DNA of 54,947 nt, counting the filler, from Sphacelaria rigidula (taxonomy: Eukaryota), in assembly GCA_964200075.2 (NCBI GenBank). It is 5 parts of 5 records of this genome, joined end to end, with 100 filler letters (N's around TTAATTAATTAA, not from the genome) between each part and the next. Parts side by side here need not be neighbours in the genome. Positions count along the whole stretch, not along the records: positions 33,030 to 43,938 come from CAXNAA020005698.1; positions 44,039 to 54,947 come from CAXNAA020005699.1; 3 more parts are not named here. One strand, given 5' to 3'. How positions within the stretch are numbered: position 1 is the stretch's first letter; the number at the start of each line of letters is the position of its first letter. Shown here piece by piece: positions 33,637 through 45,912 of this stretch. A program made the position numbers and the translations under genes. The notes below the pieces were generated by a model that worked only from the letters and a program-made list of their open reading frames with translations, did not search any database and was not told the origin of the DNA.

Positions 33637-36600
33637 CATGCTTGATGGAGGCGTTCTTGTGATCCCCTGCGTCGACAAACTTCGATCTCTCCAACAGGTC
33701 GCTTTTCTCAAAAAGATGGAGGCGAAAAGCATTTATCAGGGGGAATCCCCGTTCGGAGACGTTCCCTCTCTATCTGAAAGGTCCCATAGGAACGGTTCGA
33801 GCAACATCTGAACGAATCACTGGAAACTCATTTTTCAGATAGATGTTCGGATCAGAAGAAGCGGGTTCGGAAGCGGCGATTCAATTACCGTGTATGCACG
33901 TGTTTTGCCCTTGCATCTGACCACGGGTCTCAGCAAAGAATATGCCAGCATCACGTGAAAAGGAAAAAAACGCGTGACGAACACCGTCGACGTGCAAGGG
34001 GGAGTGGCTGGTGACGTGGTGGAGTTTCTGATTTGCACCTTGTTAAACACACTAGCCTTTGCCCACTTTTGAATGAAGTACCTTATTTCTGTTTCTGCGA
34101 TTTTCGGCTCGGTGTAGTGACCGCACAATACTACAGGACGCGGTATTATGCCGTGATAGAAGGAGGGTCTGTTGTCGTGTTCGGCGTGGTGGGGTGAGCC
34201 AGGCAACGTCGATATTTCGATTTTTTGCTTGTCATGTTCGTAAGTTTCGGATTTCATTGGTGGCGTGTGTTTTCCTTCCATAGAACACTGATGCTAGGGT
34301 TTTTCGATTTTTCCTTCAGTGCTGCACTTGGGAATGCGCACACGTGACGGCTGTCGGGGTTGCAATTCACCTACTTTCTTTCCAAGCCTACATGATTACA
34401 GTGCTGTAGGTAATATCTGAAATATAATATTTTCTTTGTTTTGTCGTCGTCGGGGGATATTGGCAAGTATTTTCGCGGGCCATCGCTCATCCCGCTGAAC
34501 GTTTGATCCCACAATTTGGGGATCGGGAGATACCAAGCATCCCCTCTACATTCCGAAATAAGGTCACATTTTGTGGTCATTATTGAACGCCTCACAGGGT
34601 GACCAGCTTTTGGTGGTCCTGAGATTACCCAGCCCCAGGTTTTCAAACTTGAGCAATTTTGCTAGATCGAGGCGATTCCGATTGGCTTCATGAATGAGTG
34701 AATAGGATTACTTCTGCGAATTGATTCACCCAATTATTGCCCTGGAGCCGAAACATTGTTTTTTGGACCAGCAACGGTCGATAACATTCCCCGATGAACA
34801 AGGAACATCCATATCTCGCAGAAAACATCAGTTGAGGATTGTGTTGTGAGCACGACCTGCTTCTCTTCCCAATATTGCTCGACGCCAGGAGTTATGAGCG
34901 TGAAGAACTGATTCTAGACGAGAAAATTCAGAACAGTACCCAAAATCGAAAATTGCCCAACCGAGCTCTGACTAGCAAAGGTGAGGGTGAAACAAATCCC
35001 ATCAATCTCACGAAAATGATTTCATCTTCTTTCTCACCTATTCATTGCGTTAGAGCCCGAAATGAATATGTTTTGGACCAAAAATGATCAATAGCATCCC
35101 TTCTCTGCTCAGTTCGGACGTCGTTCAATGTTTAGCACAGAGACAATTTTTGTTTCAGAATGTGGAACAGATGCCTAGTAGTATCTCCCGACTCTCAATC
35201 GCTGGGATCACACGCTCGCTGGGATGAGCGGTGGCTCGCGAAAGAAACATCGTAAATCGCCCGACTACAAAAAAAACTGAAGAAATCTACAATTTCAAAT
35301 GAAAACCAATATACATACGGTACAGTACAGAACCGTTGCACGGTGGGATGTCGCAACGGCGGTTCTCGGCGGTAGATTACCGAGGTGTTTGATTCTATAG
35401 GAACCGCGAGCTCTCAACACCCTAGATGCGTCTGTGTATTTCCATGAGATGCCTGACGTTGATATCGAAGACGGTACATTCTGGGTCTCGATCACACATG
35501 TTGGTATGTGCTCCAGTTGGGAGCTTTGTAGCCGCAGTATATGTTCGAATCATCGAGGTGGAGTGGGTTCATGCCGACATTTGTACGACACGAGGTTGCT
35601 TCCCGATCATATTTCATCATATGTAGCGATGGATATATCGACGTGTAGCTAGCCACACATCTCACGAAAAAATATGAGATCCATCGTTGCGGCAATACAT
35701 GCCAAACAAGAACTATGCGAGAGATATTGGTATCATGATATCTATTTGTGTACAGTGCGGGCCGTCGACATGGTGTAGGGACCAACATATATATGTCGAA
35801 AATGCACCAGGAAGTGTATAATGGAGGTGTGACGCACCTAGTAATACATTCTCGAAACTGCTTGCAGATCTGGCGAGAAAAAAACATTGATCGCCATTAT
35901 TGGGTTTCAACTGAGGGGGTTACCCGCCGGAATATCAACGACCACTGCATGAATGATGACATCGTTTAACGTGCCTGCAGATCCGGTGAAAAAACGTTCG
36001 CCGCAGCTTGCTCACAAGGAAGGAGTCGGAACACATATAGTGCTCCAAGCTTGCTCCAGTTTGATTAGAAGAGAGGAGGTCAGTAATACATTTGGGAGTC
36101 CAATGCAGCTGACTGCTGCACGTATTTGGCAAGTGCCACTGAGTACTTGCTCGGGGATTGATGTATACGTGCCTGTTGTATTTCTCCATCACGTCATCCT
36201 TGAACCGGCACCAACACGTTGGATCAATCACCACTTGGAAGACGACGTCATCTCCAAACCTGCCCCAAAAATTGGCGGACGAATAACTTGCTTCACCTTA
36301 CTTTCAAGTGAGTAAAACACTAGACTACCGACGACAACTGCAACAACCGGCGCTTTCACGAACCTGTCAGCAGCTCTAGCTGACACAAGCATCATTTTCG
36401 TTAATTTTCGAATCGGTACATTGTATACACTAGTGTTAAGATTCGTCCCAGTCTGCACCCAAGTGACTAATATTGGTGCATGATTTCAAAACCCATCAAA
36501 TACGTGCAGCCACCCTCGAAGAGGTTTTTCGGGTCACTTGGGCACCGAAACCACACCGATCCCGGAGCTTCACCGCCTACTTTCTTCGGGGGCAAAGGTA

Positions 36601-36696
36601 AGGCTTAGCCTTGGGAATAATCTTTGTCCTCGAGGCTAGTATATTCACCGTGCTCGTCCTTCGAAGATTGTCTTTTGTTGACGGTCAGGGTGAAGA
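33637..36696 (-). CDS. Candidate multi-exon gene with a divergent J-domain (HPD) segment
   Basis: Phase-consistent segments 36696-36649, 36259-36173 (GC donor), 36049-36016, 35869-35838 and 33701-33637 give LHPDRQQKTIFEGRARFGDDVVFQVVIDPTCWCRFKDDVMEKYNSLEHYMCSDSFLICKQFRECITSDLLERSKFVDAGDHKNASIKH. Ends not found. Confidence 0.42.
34431..35285. mobile_element. ~850-nt non-autonomous TIR element, copy 1
   Basis: Imperfect TIRs of about 130 nt (..CGCTCATCCCG..TGATCCCA..TCGGGAGATAC.. versus ..GTATCTCCCGA..TGGGATCA..GGGATGAGCG..). Collinear with 46978-47886. Confidence 0.85.
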
Positions 36697-37479
36697 CTTG
36701 ATATAAAAACAAGGATGCTTCAGGGAGCATGCGGGGTGTCTAGAGTGCTGAAAATACTCGACACAACGGAAAACGATCGAGGTCGTTCCTCCGCCGGTGG
36801 GTCAATTACGAAAAAACGGAGGCAAGGAATATAAAAATATCATGCAAGAAGTCGAGCGCGGGTTTTCGCCAAAACCGGTAGCAATAAATCAAAACTCCAC
36901 GCTTGGTTTGGTCTCTACAGTCAACAGTCAGCAATGGATTAAAAAAACAAGAGCAATTGTGCAGGGTGGTATCATCTCACGTGAGCGTGCGGAACTATCA
37001 GAAGAGGGGCGCCTGAACAACCGCGCCTTTGTCATTGCACCACGGATCAGACGACGTGCATTAATCTGCTGGTGGGATCAGCAGCACCTTCTGTTCGAAC
37101 TTGAAACGCCCTTGGATTGTTCACCGCTAGGCTGAGATTCGACCCACAATGAGGAACAGGGCGGAGTTGGTTCAAGATTCGTTGTACACCCAATTACTCC
37201 AACTCTCGATAAAACGCGGAAGGCACCAACGACGCCAAAGCGTATAGGAAGGGATTGTGCATGTGCTGCACTACGATTGAGAAAACTCCAGACTGTGTAT
37301 AACTCACGTGCTATGGGGCAACAGCCACAGGTCGCTTCTCTGCCAACGCCAACAACACATGGAACGGGAAGCAACCTCGCGTTCCCATCGAGGAGTCAAC
37401 CGAGAGAGGCAATGGGAGTAGTGAGCACGACTGTCGCGTAAAAACAAGTCCAAACTAAGGAAGACATTTCGCTCTAATT

Positions 37480-37660
37480 CCCCCCCTCCCTCTGCTCCGT
37501 GTCGAAAGGGATGCGTGGTCGATGGTCAAACGACCAAGGCAAGCAACAAATGAGTACGCCCCACCCCTCCCTCTCCCCCATGGGTGCTCTGTCTCAAAGG
37601 GGATGTGTGATCAATGGTCAATCGACCAAGGCAAGAAACAAATGAGTATGCCCCCCCTCC
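37480..37660. repeat. Two tandem diverged copies of a ~95-nt unit; third partial copy at 44039-44092
   Basis: ATGGTCAA.CGACCAAGGCAAG.AACAAATGAGTA.GCCCC repeated. Confidence 0.75.
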
Positions 37661-39049
37661 CATGTGATGGTTAACGTCTGTTGGCAAGGACGCTGTAAAG
37701 CCTGCCTCTCACTGTGTAGGCTAGTTGGACAGGTTCCCGTTTCTTTCGCGCTTGCGTTGTTGTTGCGGCAACCATGATGGTGGTTCGTGTTGTGCGGGGT
37801 GGGAGAACCTCAAGTCCGCGCAAACGGGATGCTCGCACGACGTAGTATTCATATCCCGAGACACCCATGATGAGGCACTGTGTCACCCGTGGCTATCGCT
37901 GGCAGTGGCAATATAAAAAAATGAAGCAACTCATTGAAGGCTGCCAGCTACATGCAAAACAATCAAGACGCTCAAGGCATTTTCTCTTTGCTCTGTTGCT
38001 GGTTTTTCCCTCGAACCTCGGTCATTTTCGGCTGAGTGCCTTATTTCGGGCGCGGATGGAAACTGAATGGTGACGTATTCAGAATTGGCGAGGGCACACT
38101 TGCTTCGGCAGTGCGCTCTTCTTTCAGGAGCTTTCTCCTCTATTGAGGTGTCACACATGGCCGCCAGAGATTGATGAAGCAATGTCGAATGTTCTTGTTT
38201 TTTCTCGCTTTGGTTCCGAAAGCGCTGATGCAGGCAGGCCAAACCATTGGCAAACCCGCGTCGCTTGTGCCAGGATCGTTGAGGGCTCGCAAGACTGGTG
38301 TGTACAGCATCACCTGATTACTCGTCAGGAGGAGAGTGTTCTGGGGCTACACATTTCCTCGTAAGCTGCTGAAAATGATCACATGTTGCCAACTTCAGCC
38401 TGAACTGTTGAAGTGATCGCAAGATGGAGACACCAGCTGAGCCTGCTGAAGGGTGCAGAACAATGACGAATGATCCCATAGGTGGGGTCTGTTTGATTAA
38501 TGACGCTGGTTCTTCGCACTTCCCACTTTTCACTGCATACCGACATTGAGTGTATGTCTCACTCGTTTCGGGAAGCGGGGGGGGGGTACTCATATCATGC
38601 ATGCCATAGTCATCAGAGCATCGGCCTTGCATCCCTACAAAGCCGGGACAGAGCACGCCGGAGTTTCGCTGGACCATGCTTGCACTCAGTCACCAAGCGC
38701 GAAGCGCCGTGGTGTGCTCGGCAAGTCGCATGAAGGGTGAGCTACATCCTGCTAAGATTGCCTACTGATTTTCGTGCATATGGATGACAGCCTACAATGA
38801 GTTGCTTCATTGTCTAGTATCGCCACTTCCAGACACAGCCACGGCTTATACACTGCCTCATGGGTGTCTCACTATTTTAAAACTACGTAGTACGACCATC
38901 CCCATTGTGCGGAGTTGAGGTTCTCTCACGCCGCACAACATGATATAGCTCGACTACCATCGTGGTCACCGCAAAAAGACGCAAGTGCCCGAACAAACCC
39001 GTAACCTGGTTGCCTTGCTTACGCGGTGAGGGGCGTGTTTCATTGCGTC

Positions 39050-42000
39050 ATTGCCAACCGACGCCAACCCCCTCGGGAGTGCACACTCGTTTCTTGGGGG
39101 GGGGGGGGGGGACAACAGTTCCCAAGATACATCGAGTACTGCGCATGGCGGCCCCAGGGGTTATAGTGGATATGAAGGAGGTTCACGNNNNNNNNNNCCT
39201 AGCTTACGGGGTGGGGGGGGTGTTCCCGTGCGTCCTCACCACCCGACGCCCCCCCCGGGGGGCGGGCACCCTGGTTTTGGGGGGGGGGGGGGGGGGACAA
39301 CAGTTCCCAAGATACATCGAGTACTGCGCATGTCGGACTCAGGGATTATAGTGGATATGAAGGAGGTTCACGACGGAAGATCGACAGTGGGATACCGCAA
39401 TCACAAAGCACTGTCTGGCGTACCCATAAGTTGCGGTCAAAAGTGAGGAGGGACGCGACAAATGGCAGAGCGATTGTGCTTGACAAAGCACGTCCCAACG
39501 AAAATGATCAGATACATATGTTTCCGGTGGGAGTCGGGTAAGATAGTGTTCGTGCCATTCATGACATTTCACTATCAGAAATGAGGAATGATCCCAATAG
39601 GCCAGGCGGGGTAATGCAGACACGGATTCTGCATGTTTGCCTTCAGTGGAACTGGGCCATGTGCTTGAGGATATCATGTGGCGAAGTTCGCATCTGCGGC
39701 GGTTCCAGGGTGGAGCTGCGCGTTCTGTAATTAGTAGGAAAGATACGAGTGAAGAATACTAACAAGTGCCTTTGGATTCTGCGGGTGAACATCTTTTCAG
39801 CTATGCTTTGGATGATGTGGTGGTGTTTGATCTCCGGCTGCAGTTGTAATGACGTAGTGAGTTTGGTCTCTGACCTGGCCATTGGCGGTCTTTATGCGTG
39901 AACACTCTCCTAGTCACACTTATATTCGCGGTGCTCGTGCATCAAATGCCCACTGATCGGCGTCGTAAGGGGACACGGTCAGGAAACCACCTGATTCGGG
40001 CATTGCGCAGCTCCCTGGTTTCGTATTGCACCCATCACTCGTGATTCGACGAGGACATTTCATTGTACGACGATGGTTGCGATCTGTGGACTTATCCACG
40101 GCACATAAGGCCGGCGTGAAAGTGAGGGGATTCGCCGTGTGCTCAGCGAACCAGAAACGGTGAATATTGCCTGGGATCGACTTTCACGAGTTTTCGTAAG
40201 TGGGTGGCCTCCGACGAGCTGACAGTTATCGGGGACAGCATAGCTGACCATGCATAGCCTTTGTTGGCGCGGATGCCAGCACGGTCATGACTTTCAGGCG
40301 CATCAGCGTCGGCCATTGGCGGATTGTGCAGAAGCCGAATTTGGTAACGATATGATTCGACGCATGACCAGCGACAGCTCGTTCACGACCACGAAATCCA
40401 TAACGAAAATGAATCTCCTACGAAAGTGCTCGAATGACCGGGAATGGTCATGTCTGCGTGGTCGAACGTGGTCGTCTTGAGAACAAAAAAACAAGCGAAC
40501 ATGCGTCCGGTTACGGGGAGATGATAGCTCCGCCGTGTAATACATCAACAAGTGCCGGGGGTCAACGAACCGAGAGCACGAACACTTACGCGGTATTCCG
40601 GCTACTCGAAGAAGCTAGCGCATGGTATTTTCGACGCCAAAAGAGTCCCTGGTTCAGCAGACGGTACTCCGCGGTGGCCGAGAAATTCCACCGACGTTGA
40701 TTTGATCGCTTTGTGTCCCAGTATCTCATGGCATGAACAGGTTATCGGGGACCATGGGGCACCAGCTTTATTCCCACGGTGTGGATTCGAGTTCCCTGAA
40801 AGACCCATCGCGCAATCGTCTGAACAGACTCTGGAGGGATACAATAGGTCACTCATTCGCTTCCGTCACGACATGAGTAGCCCAGGTTTTTTGCATAGGG
40901 GATGAAGATGCGGAGAATGTCAACGCACTTCCGTCTTACGCGTCGTACGCTCGTCAAGTGTACGGGTTGAAGGACAACTCAACGGCAAACCGTTCGGTAG
41001 CTGTGAGCTCGTCCCATGTTATATGATGCAATATCCACGAGCGTTTGCACCAAATGAATTTGCGTATCGGACACTTGTCGGCTCGAATAGTGCTACAAGG
41101 GATCGAAGCGTAGGTTCCCAGAAGTGGGATATCAGCCGCGGTTACGGCCGCCAGTGTCTTGGACGGCACAATGTGCGGCGGCCCAATTCGTGGTGTTGCA
41201 GGTGGGAGCTGGGGGGCGCGTACTGACTTCAGGTCTCAGGGTGGCCTATTTCTTGTTGGCTCGGGAACCCGAAGCCCCTGCAGACAGTGCCGATCGAGGA
41301 CACCATACATATTGTTTGTGACGGGAACATGTCGCTTTGCTTCACGGCAAGCGGCAAATTTGATGGCCGTCAATGTTTTCGACCGCTCGTGTAGAAGTGC
41401 GCGTTTGTGCCCTCAAAGGTCAAGAGATGAGGCAGATGGTGAGGGTGACACGTATGGAACGCGGCGAGAATCACGGTCGTGATAGCAAGTTGGCTTCACG
41501 ACCGAAACCGGTTCACTTTTCAGTGGCATTGCTTCCATTCGTGAGGGATTTGCCTTGGGATATACCGTTAATGGCGTGTTTACGGGGCAATGGGGTGCCC
41601 GCCTGGTTGGCCCAGGGTAAAGCATCGAAAGTGTTCACACGTTTGGTAAAGGCGGCGGGAGCGGACTCCCACAAGTCCGTGCTTTACTCTCTGCGTATCG
41701 GCAGGGCTGCTCGACTTTCAGCAAAAGGAGCATCGCCTGATGTAGCGCAGACAAAAGGACGATGGAATTCAGATGCTTCTAAGCTACACGTGATTAGGAA
41801 AAGCTGGAATACGAAGGGAGCGTCTCCTCCCGTCGGACGGGCATCGGTTGGGGGGCACAAGCAACCTGAGAGGAACCTCATTGGAATGGGCTGTGAGATG
41901 TTGAAGCATACATGCGTTATTCGGGAAGAAAAAAGAGAGACTGCAGCAGCCACGCGTGAAGCGTATATGTACATTCAAAGCCTGAGGAAAACAACGCAAG
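39050..42000 (+). mobile_element. Decayed DIRS-order (Ngaro-like) retrotransposon: RT, RNase H, tyrosine recombinase
   Basis: RT: GYRNH, KVRRDATNGRA, RAIHD, NADTDSACLPSVELGHVLEDI..RKDTSEEY*QVP..VVVFDLRLQ (39613-39846). RNase H: RGDDSSAV*YINKCRG..EPRA..DAKRVPG..ADG.PRWP (40507-40780). YR: YSLRIGRAARLSAKG..KGRWNSDA (41373 ORF) with catalytic His and Tyr substituted. Boundaries are approximate. Confidence 0.85.
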
Positions 42001-43699
42001 AAGTGGATTCAGAGAAGATATCCGTGCTCAAAAACCGGCAAAGTGGTCTGTTGGCTGGCAGGGACCCAGGGTACTGCCGGTTGGCGTTGTCAATCTTTGT
42101 TGGCACCTATCTGCGGAGGGGGTTAGCATGAAAACAGTGTGCCCCTCGCCCCCCATACCTGTCCCTTGCGCAGAGCCTAATCAATGCAACACCTCGAAAG
42201 CCGAGTAAAAACCGAAGTATTGACGATCGAGGGAATGCGTGATTCATGGGAGCGGGATAACTTCTCCTACCCCAATTGAAGTCAATTCACATGGGTTATC
42301 ATCTGTTCGAGATGACGAATGCTGGACAGGACCTGAAAGGGTCAGTGCTTACTATGCCTTTGCCTGTGATACCGAACATCGAAGCGACCATCAGCGAATG
42401 CGTGGAGAGTAGACACATTAGCATACGTACAATACCCGCCCAAATACTGCTCTTCCTGTGGTTTCTCGTCACCATCTTCACAAACACCGCACAAATATAT
42501 TGCGCCGAACTGCTGTACAGGAAGGCAATGAATTCATGAGTCAACATCACGTTACGTCAGTGGGTCAGTGGTGAAAATCTGCAATCTCTTGTGCAGGGGC
42601 CGAACTTCCAATGCCCGCCAGACCACTTTCAATTTTTCTTCATTTTTCTTCTATCAATTCTCCTGGATGATGTTTTCTTCCAGTTTTGTTTTCCAGGACT
42701 CTACAGTTTCTTAGCTGGTGGACACGCGCGTACTGAAGGATGAACGCACTATAATACGCACCACACTGAAACACACGCTACCGCAGGTGAGCACTTTACC
42801 TTTCTGTCTGGAGGAGAATGACCATGTTTTCTACGGTTCGTGGTCACTGAACAAGTGCTTGATTTTACTGGGTGTAGCTCTGTATTCAGCCTGTCGTCGT
42901 TTATCTTTTGGCTGCGGGGGATGCCTGTGTTGAGTAGCCGAAGCTAGCATTTGAGTTATGCGATTAGCAAGTCCTCGAACAATTCCGCGTTGTCCGAGTG
43001 TCTAGCTAGGTATAAGCTACAGACGTGCGTTGCAACACGCTGAAAAGATACTCATAAACCCAAAATACCGTACATGATCGTGGTGGCTGCTTCCTGTACC
43101 AACGGGTACCGGGGTGATCAGTCACCATCCAAGCCTTACCGTGCACGACCGTGGTGGTTCGATACCGCGGTAAGTGGTACCAACCTCAGGAAGGCATGGA
43201 GAAGTAAACTTTGGGAAACACAGCGGCGGTTTTGTTTCTTCCTTGATGGAAGGAGGAAACCCAACCGCAACACTCACCCCGCTGGCGACCGCAACGGTCG
43301 CGAGCGAGTTCGTGTGCCGATTACCCGAAGGCTCGGCTAGACCGCCTTGCGGCGATCATGTGGGGAAGGCGCCTCGAGCGGTGAAAACCTTGTAAGCAAC
43401 AAACGAACGGTACATGCATTACTGCAAGTCGATGGTTCGCGGGCGATGGAGGATTCGACACCCACTTTACCCCTTCGAACCCCACCCCGTGTTGGTACTA
43501 CATGAAGGTAGGGTTGACACTGTGCTTTTTTCATCTCCCGGTGGTGCTAATTCAATGATATCAGCAGGGGGTGGCGTAATAAAGCGACCAGCGACCACAA
43601 AACCGGCAGTTTATTCTCAGTTTGTACACGACAAGCGTGCCTTGAGGAGAACACGCCCCATACAATGATCAAGTACTTCCACACGGAGAGGCGAATAAG

Positions 43700-43841
43700 C
43701 ATGCCGTGAACGAAAGATTATTTGTCGAAACGTGTACTGCGTTTAATATCGGTTGTTGCGTCTATTGCAATAGAAAAAAAGTCCACACTGTACGCAGTAC
43801 ACGTTTTAACAACCTGATCTACCGTAATTATCCAGGCTGTG
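43700..43841. mobile_element. Diverged copy of the 138-nt foldback MITE
   Basis: AAACGTGTACTGCG ... CTGTACGCAGTACACGTTT arms with CTATTGCAATAG core. Confidence 0.7.
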
Positions 43842-43938
43842 CACACAAGACACGGATATTGTATCAAGGGGCCCTACCGACTGGAAAACGGTGTTCACCC
43901 CCCCAATTTCCCGAAAACCTCATTCTGGGCGACCGGGG

Positions 43939-44038
43939 NNNNNNNNNNNNNNNNNNNNNNNNNNNNNNNNNNNNNNNNNNNNTTAATTAATTAANNNNNN
44001 NNNNNNNNNNNNNNNNNNNNNNNNNNNNNNNNNNNNNN
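43939..44038. other. Artificial spacer
   Basis: N-run with TTAATTAATTAA, 100 nt. Confidence 0.97.
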
Positions 44039-44313
44039 GGTCCATGTTTGAACGACTAAGGCAAGCAACAAATGAGTACGCCCCCCCCCTCCACCCCGCC
44101 GCAGCCAAATAAGTGTCTTGTTGAAGAAAGACTACGAGCATACGTGCGAAAACGTCAACTCTCGGGAGACGAATGTGATATGCGCACAGATTCTGTCATG
44201 TGTAGTGCGTTCGTTCCCGACGATCGCGGACGGTACTTGTCTGGTCTCCCTGCATAACCAATCGTCCAGGTGTTCATTCTGAATTAGATTTTTTCATGTG
44301 TGTGTTGGTGCAG

Positions 44314-44399
44314 GTGACCTACAGCAGGCGAAGGCCAACTTCGAGCTAGCGCTGGGGCTAAATGCCTCATATGAAAAGGCAAAGTCATGGCATCGTAAG
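44314..44399 (+). CDS. Single exon encoding a TPR motif; rest of the gene probably outside this block
   Basis: TGCAG acceptor and AAG|GTCAGT donor enclose (G)DLQQAKANFELALGLNASYEKAKSWHRK, matching TPR helix B consensus G..A..F..AL.L.....A. Possible last exon 49541-49707 (weak). Confidence 0.65.
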
Positions 44400-44859
44400 G
44401 TCAGTTTGTGTTGAATTCAAAGCAGTCTTGCAGAGAGGCAGCAAGAAATGGTGGCTGTGTCTTGGAGCCGAATGTGTTGGAAGTCTGCACACATTGGACA
44501 ACTGATGAGTTCACTCTGTCATGTCGTACGAGCTGGGCCAGCCAAGAGTAGTGTGAGTCTCGCTCAGGCGACGCATGGCGCGATATTAGGAGTTGCACTC
44601 TGAAATTTTGACTACAGCTTTTTATGATCGGAATGCAGAAGATCACGGGACCAGCAAAGAAAAAAAAGGAAAAGAAGCAGCAGTTATGGCCATTTGAAAT
44701 TTCAGGAAAAACAAGATAATGTCATACGTCGAGGAAAAAAATGAGGGAAAAAATGAGAATCTGCAGTTGGACACGTCAAGTACCAGTTACTTGGGTGCAA
44801 AAGGTCTTCCTGAAATTTCAGCTCAAGAGTCGTCGAATTGGGCCGTGTGTTCAACATTT

Positions 44860-44954
44860 TCCGTGACGCTGCTGCGCGACTATGGATCGGGTCAAGGGAG
44901 ACTCCAATTATGGAGGTCATGAGTTCGAATCTCGACAAATTCTCTTTTTTTTTT
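44860..44954 (+). mobile_element. Degenerate tRNA-derived (Pol III) element
   Basis: GGAGGTCATGAGTTCGAATCTC B-box/T-arm followed by an oligo-T run; no complete cloverleaf. Confidence 0.35.
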
Positions 44955-45836
44955 CGTTTGTCGTTAAGGTCATACATTATGCAGTACATTTTTTTTCATT
45001 GTTTTTTCATTCAGCGGCGGTGCCGTGTGTCACCACATTAGTCTACACTTCACAGGGATATGCTTACATCGGGTTCATTCGGGAAACTGGGGAAGCTGTG
45101 GTGTGAGCAAGATTTAGCCGCTTTAAAGCTGGCCCAGCTCATAGAACCCAGACAGGGGGAAATGGTACCGCTGAGTTGTACCCTGTTGTTATACCAAGAT
45201 GAGTTAATTCGAGTTGAGGAGTGTTGAGTTGCCCGACGTGTGAAAGTCTGCCAGTTGTTTTTGTCGTCATCGGGGGAGATGACCATACATATATACCTTA
45301 CACATATCTTACACACGCACGCCCACACATGTTCGATCAGTGGAACAGGATATCGTCTGCTCGTCGTCGGGTTAACTTGGGAAGACGGGTAACCGTGTAG
45401 AATATTTTATCTCTTCTTTTTTGCCCTTGTGGTTGTGATGTCACGTTGAAGCAGTCTTGGGAGATATCACCATGTAGTCCATTCACGCCCGGAAAGGAGA
45501 TTGCTATTCAACCCTTCGGAAATTAAAGTGCTGGTATTCGTTTTTTTGAATCGTTGTGAATCGACATCATTTTGTCTTGGAGATGGCTTAAAATCATGCC
45601 GATTCACAATAACAAAAATCAGCACTCCCTGGGGGTGTAGTTCCCAAAGGGTTAACTTAGACCTTTGACCGCTAGAAGGGGCGATTTGTTGAATTGGCAT
45701 TATGTTGGACCTGAAAAAACTAAAGGTAGAAGCGACCTGACCCGAAGTAGCGCTCAAGGGATTGAATTGAAACACGAATCGACAAGGCTGTTCAGGTGAC
45801 ACAAACGGACGCCCTCCAAGCACATGAACCATCCTA

Positions 45837-45912
45837 ATACATACATACATACATACATACATACATACATACATACATACATACATACATACATACATAC
45901 ATACATACATAC
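45837..45912. repeat. (ATAC)19 microsatellite, possibly the tail of a minus-strand non-LTR element
   Basis: Direct reading; the tail interpretation is inference. Confidence 0.9.

Noticed and set aside
17567..36696. Extending the FAD oxidase across spacers using exons at 17567-17633 or 33637-36259
   Set aside because: Those segments lie in different blocks separated by synthetic spacers.
39100..39372. Tandem duplication around a 10-N gap (similar cases at 49785-49960 and 50690-50842)
   Set aside because: Flanked by long poly-G runs and small gaps; most likely assembly or sequencing artefacts, as are the poly-Gly/poly-Pro ORFs there.
42555..42625. tRNA-like A-box and a 14-nt antisense resemblance to U6 snRNA
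   Set aside because: No proper B-box or cloverleaf, and the U6 match is too short.
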